In this document: positions 1-15,139 of the stretch, piece after piece | Position numbering within the stretch: position 1 is the first letter of the stretch | Layout of the letters: every line of letters begins with the position of its first letter | From: the human T2T-CHM13v2.0 reference genome, Homo sapiens | NCBI RefSeq assembly: GCF_009914755.1 | Contig: NC_060942.1 | Reading direction: 5' to 3' (one strand) | DNA length: 64,000 bases | Translations under genes and position numbers: made by a program | Notes under the pieces: model-generated | Databases searched by the model: none | What the model was told of the DNA's origin: nothing | The model's input: only the letters and a program-made list of their open reading frames with translations

Positions 1-729
1 AAGATATGTGGCATCTTTAAATGAGCTTTTTAAAGGTAATTTTAGTGTTAATGTTACAATTTTTTGAGTAAAAGTAAGTTGACATTGTCACTTTACATTT
101 AAATGTTTGTAAAATTTGTTGTTTCAAATAAAAGAAATTCAACCTTTATAAATGCTGATAAAACTAAATAGGGATGCATAAGGTAACACTTACGTCCTGC
201 ATCCCTGGAAACCACCTAACTCTATGTTATCTAATCAGTAAATTCACTATCCACTTGCTACAATCAAAATCTGTTTTTGAATTTCAGACATATCTTTTCC
301 AGTTCCTTGAAGGGAAGAATGGAAATGAGGAGCTTATCATTCACCTTACACCTTAGGGGAAAAAAATGTACATTTCTATTACAACTTGGGCATCACAGAG
401 CAAGAACAAACATCTGAATTTAGGGTTTCCACATTCTAGTAGACAAGATTTTCCAGCTGACATTTGTCTGGCAACCAGTAGGAAATGATTCCCTTATTAT
501 TCTCTGTTTATCTCTGTTGGCAAATGGTGTGGCAATATAAGCATCCTAGGTAGTTTATCTGTCACAGAAGCCAAATGGTTTTAAGACCCAGGGTTCGTGA
601 TTTGGTTATGAATGAGAGGTAAGGAATTATTTAATCACAGTTTGGAAAACTCATCATGTGCTTATCTATCTTTGCACTCATAAAGAAGATTACTTGACAA
701 ATTCCTGCATTCTACAAAATATGTACTGT

Positions 730-1620
730 GTCTACTTCATTCAAGCTCAATTTTAGGTACTCAGGATAAAAATATAAGGGGAATATTGGTGCCTGCCTTC
801 AGGACTTTATAGAATGGAGATAGGCATGCTAACCAAATGCTATGTATTGTTGCTCTAATAAAGTTACATTCCAGATGTAGAAAGAACTTAAAGCAGGTTG
901 CTGACAGTTACCTGGGAGAATCCAAGATGTATTTAAGGAGCAGAGGAGCCTGGAGCTAAGACTGACAGGATGAATAGGCACTTGGGTGACAGTCAGCAGC
1001 AGGCATGACAGATGAAGGGAATATTAGGTGTGAAAACATGAAGAAGTCTGACAGGTTCTGGCAACACTAAGTAATTCAGAAAGAGAAAATGGGATGTAGA
1101 ATCAGGTAAGGTATAACATTTATGTAAGTTTCTTACTAAGAAGAATCTAGTGTATTATGCAAAAAAACTTAAGGTTTTTATTCTGTGATTAAAATAATTA
1201 AATTTTCATCTTGTAACTGACCACATATATGTGTTGAATTACACTGAAAAGGACATTGAGGATGGATTAGAGAAAAGTAAGCATAAAGGAAGAAAGATAA
1301 CTAAAAAGAGTCATAGCAGAATCCAAGAGAAGAATGAGGAAAGAGGATTAGGGCAGGTCAGTGAGGATGGAAAGGAGGGGACCAAGAAGGAGATGCTTGA
1401 GGCAGTGAGAACATGTTGAGTTAATGATGATAGATGGTCACCAAGAGGAGAAATCTAAAATGATGCTCTTGTGTTTCTAGACTGGACTGATGAGAGAATG
1501 ATGTTAACAAGATAAGGATATAAATGGGGAGTTTGTTTTGTTTGGTTTCATTTGGGGTAAGAGTTTGAGAAAAAGAAAGTTCTCTTCAGGTTACATTGAA
1601 TTCAAAGTTCGTGGATTTCC
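730..1620. mobile_element. Degenerate L2 LINE fragments
   Basis: Purine-rich decayed L2-like text (tgcctgccttcaggactttatag, ggatgaatagg, gacattgaggatggattagag, ttacattgaattcaaagtt). Boundaries approximate. Confidence 0.5.
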
Positions 1621-2075
1621 ATGTTGTGGAATAACAATATGTTAAAATCTATATTTTTCTGTTTTGCACGGTTAGAGGATTTTCATGAAATCACTATAAA
1701 TGATCCAATACAATTGATATCTCATTTTTAACATTTAAGTCACTGATATCAGAATAATTAAGCCAAAAAGCTCTGTTGGGATTGCACAGTTTAAAGAAAA
1801 TATAAAGTAGTAGTTCTCTAGGCCTTGAACAAAACTATTTGTTAAGGCCAGGTCATCTTTTTTAGTATCATTCGCAAAGGAATTCCCTCACAAATGTTTT
1901 TGAATATGGCTTGTGTGATGCACCCATTCACACTTTCCAGTGGAGTGGAGAGCAGGAAGAGTGAGAAGATTCAGTGATAATAAGGGTGTTACCACCATCA
2001 GCTGAATTACAGCAGGGTCAACAGGAAGCTGACACAGCCCCTGGAGTGTAGTAAGATAAATAACATTGCACTTAC

Positions 2076-2085
2076 CAAAATGCAT
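2076..2085 (-). other. Candidate 10-nt microexon (ATGCATTTTG)
   Basis: Minus strand reads ...ccaatattctgctccag|ATGCATTTTG|gtaagtg. About 75 nt upstream is AG-free and pyrimidine-rich, with UGC next to the acceptor and TGCATG upstream. No transcript evidence. Confidence 0.3.
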
Positions 2086-3989
2086 CTGGAGCAGAATATT
2101 GGATATGGGTGGAAAGAAGATGTTGATAAATCATGCAGGGTCAAGGTAGAGGTTAATGAGAATCTTACAGGCTATTATCGTATAACGTATGGTTGCTAAA
2201 TCATCTTCCAACAAAGGTGGGTCTTGCACATTCAAGACCTTTCTGGAAAGGGGCATTTAATTTCTGAGTTGGAGCTAACTTGTTTGTTATAACATAAGAA
2301 AGAGCTGACTCTTCCTCCATGGTCCTCTTTCTCTGCCGTAGTCTCATTCTCAGTCTCAGTCTCCTCCAAAAACTGTCAAAAGTTTTTCCTGCTTGGAAAG
2401 ATGCCAACTTACTTGGCCTGCTTGACACTCAATCATTAGTATTCCCAGAGTGCACAGGCATTTAGTCCAGTGAGTCCAAAACTATAAATTTAAAATGCAG
2501 TTATTTTTTAAAAGGGCTTGATAGACTGAAAGTTTTTGTTTTTCTTCGCATATTTTTTTCACTTCTACCATGTGCCATTATCTATGGTGTGCTTGCATGT
2601 GATAGAAATACCTCTTTTAGGGTCAGTATGTTTTATATTGGTGTGTTTACCTCCAATATCCCAACTTGAACAGGTTTATTATTATGAAAAAGAGGCAATA
2701 TGCTAGAGATATTAGTACATAAATCATTGTCAGGAAACCAATCCTGTGTTTCAAAGCAGCAAAAAGCTTTTAAAGTATTGATATAGGTGTAGCCTAAAAA
2801 GAGGGCAGAATTTTTTCTTTTGTCTTAACTGGATATTTTGTAAGATGTGGCCTCTTTTTAAGGATGAAGAGATTCAATTGATTAAATATTTCTATAAATA
2901 GATTCATGCAACAGAAACTGATTAAAGAAAAGCTGTCAAAAGTGAAGTTTTTTTTCTCTAAATATCTGTCATTTCACACATCATTTTAAAATTTCAGACT
3001 TGGAAATGTAAATTGTTCTTTTAGAACTAGGCAGTTAACCAAAACAACAACTAAAGCATATTTCAAAAATAGCACACACAGAACAATCATTCTAACTTAT
3101 GTTAAGAATTTAGAAGAGGAGTAAAGATCTATTGTTTAGGTTGGTCGAATTTGAATATATACATTATGCTGAGACATTTAAATGGTGTACGTTTTTAAAC
3201 ATTATTCAAAAAGTCTTCATTAAGATGTTTATATTCAGCCTATTTTATTGTCCCTTGGATTATGCAGCAAGTTTGCTGGGTGACACACCAAAAATCATCC
3301 AAACGACAATGCTGAGCAAAACTTTTTAGGTCATAATTGTTCACCTCATTGTTAAGACATTTCTACATATTCTTCCTAAGTAGGACAAGCTCAGAAGAAC
3401 AGAATTGAGTGAACAAAAGAAAAAGTCATTTTAAATGGCTAGTTAAGTTAATTTCAATTGTTAAAAATCACTAAAATTTGAGACTTGGTCTGAGACTTGG
3501 TTCTGCTATTGGTTGTTTGTGTCGACTTCAAACAAGTTTTAAACCCTTCTCAGTTTTTCGCAAATATAAACAAATGGAAAACAAAACTATTTCTAAGCAC
3601 CCTCCATATTCTATGTTCAACAGCTCTGTGATAAAAATCAATTTAAATAATGAATTATCGTTCTGTTTATTTCCAAATGTCATACATTTTGAGACAACTC
3701 CTCAAATTTTCTTAGTATAGGAATATAAATAAAATTAACTTTCCCTCGGAAGACAAAAATTCTCTTTCCTTTAATGAACAGTCAGTCTACATGATGAAGG
3801 CAATAAAACAACAATCAAATTAACCTTATCTGATTAGACACTGTGGTAATTTCTGTGGAAAGCAAGCGGAGGAAGGAAACCTGCATCAAAGAAGGCAGCG
3901 GAAAAAGTAGAAAGAAACAGAAATATTCATTAAAAATATTTCTTGTCCAGAAGAAATAATGCAACAGAATGGTTAACAGATTATGAAAA

Positions 3990-4155
3990 CAGACAAGGGT
4001 TTGAATTATGGTACCAAAGAGTCCATCCCTTAAACCTCAGTATCCTAATCTATACAATGCAGATAAAAACAGAAACCAACACTGAAATTACTTTAAGGAT
4101 TAAATGAAGGAATGCATTAAAGGGCTTGGCACAGTGCCTAGCAAGTGCTCAGTAT
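3990..4155 (+). mobile_element. MIR SINE fragment
   Basis: cctcagtatcctaatctatacaatgcagataa...aaggattaaatga...ggcacagtgcctagcaagtgctcagta. Confidence 0.65.
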
Positions 4156-5696
4156 CTGGAATGGGTCTCAAGCATACATTTTAGTCTTGCTAGAAACCTC
4201 AGGGATACTTGAGAAATCACCTTTCAGTTTACTAGTCTTACAGAACATGCTGAACATGAACAATGGTAATTTTATAATATTCCCTTGCTAGTGGTGACCA
4301 GAGAGATATTTAGAAGCATCTCCAGAGATACCCTAAAGCAAGATGATCACCAGAGGATAGAAGAAAGCAATTTTTTCCATCAGATTCCTCACCCTCATGG
4401 GTGATAACATCAAGTAATATAAGTCCCCAAGGAGAATTGTGCAAGAAATATGAAAGTTGTACCTTCATCTGGAATCATGGCACGGCCATATTTGGAAATG
4501 CAGGATGTATATACTTTGCCATTAAAATTATTTTATTCTTTAACTTTTCATCACTTGTATTTTCTTTCCATTTTTCCAGCCAGAAGAAAAACCATCAGAT
4601 TTTGTGTTTCCTCTTAGTACCCTTTATTTGCTTTGGTCAAAGTTCACCGCCCAACCCCAATGTTCTCTAGAAAGTCTCATGAGGTATCTTAAGTAGTGAA
4701 TCTGAAAATGGTTAGGTCAATCTGGGAAAGAGTACAGAGGGCAAATCAGAGGTGGCCTTAACAAAATATCACTTTCAGGAAGCAGGATTTTCCTGTATTT
4801 ACTTTCCTTTAGGCTCAACTTCTCAGATTCCTCTCATTTCCTCTTCAATGATATGTTTCCTGCAACCCACAAAACACAATTTGTTTATACTCACTCATTT
4901 ACAAGTGCATGCTCCACTATCTTATTGGCTGGAGACAAGTAACAATCCCTGCTGAATCATGTTACTTTAAATAACTATCCTAAATCTGTGTTTAACAGTA
5001 GCCTGTCGTTTTGTTGTTCACAGTGTCTGTTTTTTAAATAAAGGTAATGCCTGTCTTTTTAGTCAAATATCATCTTTTGCAGGAAATTCAAATGCCCTGA
5101 AATATAATTATTTTTGTTATTAACTTAATAGCAAAAGCAACACAATATCCAAAAAAACCTTTAATTTAAATATAATGAACTTTTCAACATTAACCTAATT
5201 TTGAGGTACTGAAATTTTAAATATTTTGTTGTTATTTAATTAAGCTTTTCTTAGTGCTAGCAGAGTAAGAATGACAGGCAACTGTCTAAACCTCTAAATG
5301 TAACACCTTTGAAAACAACTCTAAGTTGTGCTCACTTTGCTATTGTTTTTAAAAGCAGCACTAGAGTAAATATACTTAATATGTGTTTGTTGAATGATTC
5401 TTGCCTAAATCCATACCAAAACCACATAAATCATGGAATGGAAAGTAGATTTGTCTATACTGTTTTGTTTGGAGTGATTTTCTGTAACGATTTAATTTAA
5501 ATGCTAATTGTTGATTTTCCTCTTCATTTTTCCTCTAGTCTTATTTCCTTGCTCTCCTCCATTGCTGTTTTATCTTTTGGTGAGTGGCAGGAGCTCTTGT
5601 TACAAAATTAAAACTTTTTGGACCATTGTATCAGTAGTAAGTATAAGAATAGTATAAAGCTAATTAAATTATTGTGAAATTAAATGAAATAATCAG

Positions 5697-6804
5697 TGTT
5701 GTGGGAAGTCAGGGACCCCAAACGGAGGGACCGGCTAAAGCCATGGCAGAAGAACGTGGATTGTGAAGATTTCATGGACATTTATTAGTTCCCCAAATTA
5801 ATACTTTTATAATTTCTTATGCCTGTCTTTACTGCAATCTCTGAACATATATTGTGAAGATTTCATGGACACTTATCACTTCCCCAATCAATACCCTTGT
5901 GATTTCCTATGCCTGTCTTTACTTTAATCTCTTAATCCTGTCATCTCGTAAGCTGAGGAGGATGTATGTCGCCTCAGGACCCTGTGATGATTGTGTTAAC
6001 TGCATAAATTGTAGAGCATGTGTGTGTGAACAATATGAAATCTGGGCACCTTGAAAAAAGGACAGGATAACAGCAATGTTCAGGGAACAAGAGAGATAAC
6101 CTTTAACTCTGACCGCCGGTGAGCTGGGTGGAACAGAGCCATATTTCTCTTCTTTCAAAAGCAAATGGGAGAAATATCGCTGAATTCTTTTTCTCAGCAA
6201 GGAACATCCCTGAGAAAGAGAATGCGTCCCTGAGGGTAGGCCTCTAAAATGGCCGCTTCGGGGGGTGGCCGTCTTTTATGGTTGAGCTGTAGGGATGAAA
6301 TAAGCCCCAGTCTCCCATAGTGCTCCCAGGCTTATTAGGATGAGGAAATTCCTGCCTAATAAATTTTTGGTCAGACCAGTTGTCTGCTCTCAAACCCTGT
6401 CTCCTGATAAGATGTTATCAATGACAATGTGTGCCTGAAACTTCATTAGCAATTTTAAATTCGCCCCGGTCCTGTGGTCCTGTGATCTTGCCCTGCCTCC
6501 ATTTGCCTTGTGATATTCTATTCCCTTGTGAAGCACGTGATCTCTGTGACCCACACCCTATTTGTACATTCCCTCCCCTTTTGAAAATCACTAATAAAAA
6601 CTTGCTGGTTTTGCAGCTCAGGGGGCTTCATGGAACCTGCCGACATGTGATGTTTCCCCCAGAAACCCAGCTTTAAAATTTCTGTTTTTTGTACTCTGTC
6701 CCTTTATTTCTCAGACCAGCCGACACTTAGGGAAAATAGAAAAGAACCTACGTTAAATATCAGGGGAAAATTTCACTTGATATCTGGCTGAATTTCCCCC
6801 AATA
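5697..6804 (+). mobile_element. MER11 (ERVK class) solo LTR
   Basis: Starts TGTTGTGGGAAGTCAGGGACCCCAAACGGAGGGACCGGCT and ends ...TTTCCCCCAATA. Perfect 6-bp TSD AATCAG at 5691-5696 and 6805-6810. Internal ~73-bp repeat at 5760/5851 and AATAAA near 6593. Confidence 0.93.
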
Positions 6805-7904
6805 AATCAGCTCTGACTAATCACAACAGCAACAAAGATTCATGACAACACATGTAGGTGTATTGGGATGCTGCTGTTTAGAAAGGCACCTCACTTATAA
6901 ACCTGAGCAATGAACAAACAGATACTCTCCCAAATTTGTTTCTATCTTTTCAAAGTTACAGAAGATGCAAAAAAATCAACTATGTATGCCATGAAAATAT
7001 TTAACATTAGCGTATTGAAGTGGAAGAATCCAGGAGACCACAAAGCTAACACTTCCTAATCCAGAGAGTCCACAAAGAAACATTTGAACACTGTGATAAA
7101 TTTGTAAAGAAATAGTAACCCTATGCAGTTGTCACACATTAAGAGGGAGGAAGCAACTCTCCCACTGTTCATTGTCTGTCATTTCTGTTACGTGTTCACG
7201 GTGGTTTTGCCTTGTGAATTTGTAGTGGCAGCATTCTCCCGATCTGATGTTGGGGAAGAGAAGACGAGAATATGTAGTTAATGAGTCATTAAGAACCAGA
7301 GAAATTAAGTAGAATAAGAGATCTCAGAGAGATGTCAGAATCATTAAACCCAGTGTGCCTGTTGACTTCTATCTGCCTTGAGATGTAGCATAGCAAGGAG
7401 CAATAGACTTCAAAACAGGAACTAAGAAGGCTGACTCTGGCCATTGAAAGAGGCTTTTTTAATATGGACAATGATGATTGATAAGGAGCAATGTTACTCA
7501 TATTCAAGGTTGTTTCTAGCCAGATACTAGAGTAGAGGAAAATGCTGAATGTCACTGAACTTTGTGACCAACCTCAGCAATCAAAACAACAGCATGAAGG
7601 TAAAGCTATAGAAATTCAGATGTACAAAGATCTCCAATGTGGAAGAGGAATGAAGAAGTAGCTCCAGTATAGTGTTAGGCTACTAGTAGCTCAAAAAATA
7701 TTTTTGAAGATGTAGAAAAAAACTTTCTTTGTCTACAGGGTTAGGAACAAGAGGGTGACATATCAGTTTAGCATAATTCAATAAGAGAGGGGAATACCAG
7801 AAGATCTTCAACCCCTGCTAGTTTAAGGAGGCATTCTCAGATCCAGCAGCAGTATCTGCCAAAATTTTTGTTGACTTTTCAAGCCCAAAACCAAGCCACA
7901 ACAT

Positions 7905-8215
7905 AGATAAACCTTGAAAACACTATACTCACTGGAAGTGGCTGGTCATAAAAGACCACATATTTCATTCCATTAATAAAAAATATCAGGACTAGGTAAA
8001 TCTAGTGATTGCCTCAGTCTGTGGGTTAGGGGAAAATGGGGAGTGACTGCTAATGGGTATGGGGTTTTGTTTGGAATTATGAAAATATTCTGAAATTAGG
8101 TAGTGATGATGACTGTACAACTCTGTGAATATACAAAAAATAAATTGTATACTTTAAATGGGTGAATTATATGATATGGAAATTTCATCTCAATGAAACC
8201 GTTATACAAAAGCAA
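7905..8215 (+). mobile_element. L1MB-type 3' end
   Basis: aaccttgaaaacac...aaaagaccacatatt...gagtgactgctaatgggtatgggg...tgtacaactctgtgaatatac...tttcatctcaat. Confidence 0.8.
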
Positions 8216-9477
8216 CAGGAAAAGAATATTACCCTCAATCTTAGAAGCAATCTGAGAATTACACTGATTGGAGTATTGACTGCTAGCATAATCCCTGTTG
8301 TAGGAAAATGACATGCATAGATTGGAAAAGCCTAAATAGTGCAACTCGGCTTATAAGACTATATATGGGATCAGTTTCTAAAGTACCACGTGGATCTCCA
8401 AGTGTAATTCAGGAGTTTTTGAAAAGAGGTAGTAGAGACAAAGAATATTCTAGTGGCATATACAAGTGTCCATCAAATATAGCAATCACTTTTTTTTCTT
8501 TCATAGAAGAAGACAAGGATTATTTCACTTCTTGGTAAAGAGAAAGAATATCACATGCTTTTTTGAAGCCTCACAAAAACTTAGTCACATAATGTTTTGT
8601 ACTTTCCATTTTTTGTTGAAGAAGCTGAGAAAATAAAGAGGCTGAATAATTTGAGCAATCCAGAGCCTATAGAGGACAGAATCTAGATTAGAATCCGGGA
8701 CTTTCAGCACTAAACCCTGTGGTTTTTCTGTATATCATGCTGTCTGACTATGGCAGGATTCTGCTAATTTAACACACTTAGAGTTCTAGCTTTCTTCGAA
8801 GCCAACATCCCTCTGGAAATGACTGCACAATGGGGAGAAACATTCCACTTTGATGTTCTTATTTAGTTGATTTAGCAAAATGAACATAGCTTGAAAAACA
8901 TGGCTTTAATTCTTTTTTTTCTCTGCCTGTGTTATACTAGAACCTATATTATACTTGCATAATGCAAGAGCACTACACTTCTGTTGTAAGATTTGGCGCA
9001 GTCACTCTGAAAATTGGCAGTACTGACTTAAGGCAAACAAAAGAATACTCTATGGCCAAACAGTTCTACTCCTGGTGAAAAAAACAACAGAAATGCATGC
9101 ACATGTTCACCAGATAACATTTACAAGAATGTCCCTCATAGAACTACTGGTGATAGAAAAAAAAAAAAAGGCTTGGAAATGATCCATAGGAAATATATTT
9201 GTTATGCTCAATTAGTGAAATACTATACAGCAATCTCCCCAAAATCTGCATACACTGCAACATCAATAAATCTTTAAAAAAACACTATTGAGACAAAAGA
9301 AAAGGTATGAAGGGTCTCCAACAAGTTCATGGAAAATGTGTATTTTGAAAAAAAAATACGAATTTTGAAACTTTCGCAACAAAATAAACTTGTACTAACC
9401 TGTTACATAACATGTCTAAACTGGATCCAGTTTGAGGCACTAAGAAGAATAATAGACATCAGTCTGAAAAGAGAAGC

Positions 9478-10850
<1,373 letters not shown>

Positions 10851-11379
10851 TTTTATTTTTCTTTTAATTCCATATTTCCACAAACTTCTAAAGTTCCCTT
10901 GTATAATTCTGTACTCACAGTATGATACAATATGATTTCATTTATAAAGTTCAAAACCAGAAAAACTAATATTGTAGAAAAACTAATCTAATTACCAATC
11001 TAATATCCTAAAAACTAATCTAATATCAGGATATTGGTTACCCTCGGGTGCATAGGGAGTATAGTACTTGAAAGTAAAAATGAGAGTGACTTCTCAGATA
11101 CCAGCAATGCTGTTTCTTATATGGGTGCTGGTCTCATGAATATGTTTGCTCAATAAAAAATTGAACAAGCTATACACTTACCATTTTTTGTCTTTTTATG
11201 TATATATAAATATACATATTCAAATATACATATTATATGAGTTCCTTCAGGAGAGTCATCCTGAATTCCTAGCTTTCTGCCAACAATTTCATATATAAAA
11301 TATGCATGTGAGAGAGCTTCTCTCTTACACAGTGAAGCAGGTGCTGGGAGAAATCCTGTACTATAATAATTTATGTGTT

Positions 11380-12170
11380 TGTTTATTTCAACCTAGCATC
11401 TATGCACAATAAGACAACATGGCATTGTACACAAATGACACATTGCCCCAGGATATATACCTAAGGATACCTGACATCATCTGAGAGGTCATTTGGCACT
11501 ACCAAGATACAATATAGTAAAAGAAACAAATGTGTGCTTGTGATAATATTCCAGAAAGTATTCACGAGCAGGTGGCACTGAGGAGGTAACATTTCACAAC
11601 AGCCAACAGTGTGGAGCACTTGGGCCACAGCTTTCTTGGCAAGAAGAAACAGTAAATGCCAAGCCCCTGGGGTGAGAAGGAACATGGAATTTATGAAAAA
11701 TAGAACAAGGCCTGTTTGTTAGCTACAGTGGTGGCACAGAGAAATGACAGAGATGGTCAGACAGGCAGGCAGTAGTCGGGTAATTCAGGTCAATGCAGGT
11801 CAGAAAAATGAATTTTAGTGCAACTCTGAGGTCATTGGAAGGTTAGAGAAGGTCAGTGACATGATCTAATGGATATTTTTAAAAGTTTACTCTGTCTGCT
11901 ATATGGAAAACAGATTGTAGGGAAGTAAAGTAGAAGCAGAAAACCTCGTACAAAGCTACTGCTGTAGGGCCAAGGAGAGGGGAGGCCAGCTTAGAGTTGA
12001 CAGGATGCACTGAAGGTATGTAGAGGGGTGACGCACATGGAAGAATCAAATGTTTGAGGGCTTGAGCAAATCAAAGGATGGTAGTGCCACTTACAGAGAA
12101 AATTTTGGAAGGTCAAGATCAATTGAAAGGATGCGTATGTAGCATTTAGCACTAAGTGTGGAAATGTTTA
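11380..12170. mobile_element. L2 fragments
   Basis: gtcattggaaggttagagaaggtcagtgacatgatct...tactctgtctgctatatggaaaacagattgtaggg...ggatggtagtgccactta. Confidence 0.6.
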
Positions 12171-12865
12171 GTTAATGTCAGGTTTTGTTATTGTTATCAC
12201 TATTGTATTGTCTGTATTGATAGACTTTAAAACTGTTAAAATAATATATGATCTGTACACTTGACAATGGTAACTGTAGAAAGCCCCTTGCAAGGTTCCT
12301 CAACATCAGCATTTGTACTTGAAGGGAATTCTGAAAGGAGCTTCCATTTTAGGGCTGATACTGCTAAAAATTTAGAAACGTAAATGATTTCTCTCAAGGC
12401 CAACTTTATTCCAAAGCCAGAGTGTCCTGAAACCCACTCTTATGAATATGAAATCTTTTTAAAACTGCTCTATAGTGAAGTTGAAATATTATTTATAACC
12501 AAAATTGGCAGTAGTCATTTGCACCATCTCAGATAAATAGTACAGCTCATATAAGATGGAAATAGCTCTCTATTTCACAAATGCTAAAGCTTCTTCCATT
12601 TCTTCTGTGCTGCTAAATGGTTGAAGCTGAAGTGCATAATCTATCTGTAGTTAAGCAGAGTACATTGGTGAGCCGTTTTTTAATGACAGGTAGAATCAGA
12701 AAGAGTAAAGAACTAAACTTCTTTGTATGTCAGAGCAAATTGAATTGAGTTTTCAAGAAGCTTCAAATTTTTATAAAGGCTTATGAATGTGAGATCGCAG
12801 ACAGAATCTCAGGATCATGAGACAGAAAAGGGGTTGAGTGGATCAGCCATGTAAATATCACTTAC

Positions 12866-12889
12866 CACCACCATCATCAGAAACCAATT
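12866..12889 (-). other. Candidate 24-nt microexon encoding (E)LVSDDGG(G)
   Basis: Minus strand reads tttgtgtctgtggtcttcgctacag|AATTGGTTTCTGATGATGGTGGTG|gtaagtga. Unique sequence, 3n length, consensus donor. Confidence 0.3.
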
Positions 12890-13355
12890 CTGTAGCGAAG
12901 ACCACAGACACAAATGCTTTGCATGAAACTTGTTTTAATTTGTGTTTTTGTAGAAAAGAATATAATGCAAAAATTGATTTTGTTAACAGGGAGCAGAGGG
13001 AGCTAAGTAAATGAGGAGGTAGCAGATTACTTAGAGGATAAGTAATAAAATGTGATTTGAAATACACATGCACACGTATAATTAATTAAAATTCAGCAGT
13101 AACTGTATTAATTATTTACTATTTATATCTACAAAAGATTATATTTTTCAGGAAGGATAATCTTATCATTAGCATTATTTAGAATTGCTAACAAATGGTG
13201 ATAATTAAAAATATCAATTTTGAGTTAGTTTTATTATTGTTTTTAAGTGATGTAATGACAATGCCTGCACTGGGAGTGGACCATATGCACCTTCTAACCA
13301 TGGGTATGCCACTGTGAGAAAAAAATTTGTAGACAAATGGGTTAGTAAAAATATT

Positions 13356-13388
13356 ATACACACACACACACATACATACATATATATC
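13356..13388. repeat. (CA)n/(TA)n microsatellite
   Basis: tacacacacacacacacatacatacatatatat. Confidence 0.85.
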
Positions 13389-15139
13389 ACGGAGCAGGTG
13401 ACCTCAGCAAACATCTGTGTCACACATTGAGAATGTATTAGATGTAAAATACTGAAATGTATCATAAGATCAATAATTCCTAAGAGCTGAAAAAACACAA
13501 GCCAGCAAATATAAACATTTTCTTTATAAGGGTAAATTTTACCATTTGTACAGAATAATTTGACTTTCAAAATGCAAAGTAATACTGCATACAGTATTCA
13601 GAAGTAAAAGGCTTAACTTCTATACCCAATATCAGACTTCATATTAAGATAGTCATTTCCCATGATGTTTATATGAAATAAGTGTAATAAAATTTTTCAT
13701 TGTGCATTATGGAAATTCATGTGAAAATAGACAGAAGACACCTTACAGATACAAAAACTCAAGTTCTCATAAAGCTGTAAATCTCATTTTTTAATAAAGA
13801 ATAATGATGTATCTAAGTACAAACTTCTTAAACTTCAAACTGTTCTCTTACATTTATTTTCTAATCACGTAAAAGACATACACAAAAATGTCATGAGTTA
13901 AAATGCAGAATTTGCTTAAGTTTTAGCTTTAATGTCATTTGTCTCTGTAAAGTGACTCTTTTCTTTATGTGAGCAAAAATTTCAGTCAATTTATTACACA
14001 TGCAGAAAACCTTCAGAAAGTTTCTCTTCTCATGTGGACAAGTTTCCCCATAAGGGCTTTCAATAGTTATTCTGCACAGTTCTTTACATTCTGTTCATAA
14101 TTTGAGGGAGGTGAAAAACAGAACCTAGAAATCTGAATTTATACAATTGAGAAAAAAATAATTGAGAGTGGTTGAGACATCTTTATGCCATTGTACAGGT
14201 GAGAAATATTTGATTTAAACCCCAGTGTGGCCCATGACAAATAAGTGTCAAACTGGATTCATATTGTGAATTTCTTATGTTTCTCTGATGTAAAAGAAAT
14301 CATTTAGTTTCTAAATGATTTGGTGTAGCCCTTTTAGATTTTAGACATTCTAAACCACTCTGTTGGATTTGGTTTCCTACTAGCCTGCTTACAGTGAATA
14401 CAGTTCACTTCACCAGCATGTACCCAGTGAAAGAGTAGGAACCTTGCCTCCCTTCAGCTTCCAGTTCCAGCTAACCAGTAGATGTATCCTCCAATTCATT
14501 ACATGAATCCTAATGAATTGGCTTTGTTCTATGATCTTGGTAATATTAACCTCTCATCCAATGTTAAAGTTTCTTCAATAATTGTGTATGCTTGAACATA
14601 TTATTTCAAGTTATTGGGTCTCAAAGTACTCTTTGGTAAATGGGGGAGGTCAGGAAGTAGACATATTCATGTGCTATTCTATGTGTGAGCAATGAAATAA
14701 ATCATTGCCATATTTGATAAATCAGTCATTCGGAAGGGACAAGAAAGCAATATATTGATTATTCATATACTAATTCATTTATTCATTAGAATATGATTCA
14801 AAGCTCCATGCAAACAGGAGACTAGTTTTTCTTCCTTTCCATCTCCAATACAAGAAACAGTGCCTGGCAAGTATGCTTATATCTGAAAGACACAAAGATA
14901 CATTAAAAAAATACAATAAAATAAGGCAACATCTTACCTTTAAGAATGTCACTACTTCATAAGCACTCTAGCTGCATTACAGTGAAAGAAGCTTTGGGGA
15001 AAAAAAAAAATCTCAGAAAGTCAGAGTTTCTCCTTCCATTTTGAAACCTACTTAATATATGATCTTTGGCATCATTTAGCCTCTAGGGGTCTAAGTTTAT
15101 TCATCTGAAAATTGAATAATGTGAATTACATGAGAATAA

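Noticed and set aside
2201-2428. 75-aa Arg-rich minus-strand ORF
   Set aside because: Driven by a short (ctcagt)-like repeat, has a non-ATG start, and shows no recognisable domain.
5539-5579. Plus-strand AG..GTGAGT 41-nt exon-like segment
   Set aside because: Pyrimidine-rich low-complexity body with no partner exons found. Counted as background.
5760-5923. Tandem ~73-bp repeat resembling an array
   Set aside because: Internal structure of the MER11 LTR. No CRISPR-like array exists in the window.
7933-7941. Good-looking 9-nt minus-strand microexon (ccag|CCACTTCCA|gtgagt)
   Set aside because: It lies in L1MB-derived sequence. It shows that such sites arise by chance, which is a caution for the main finding.
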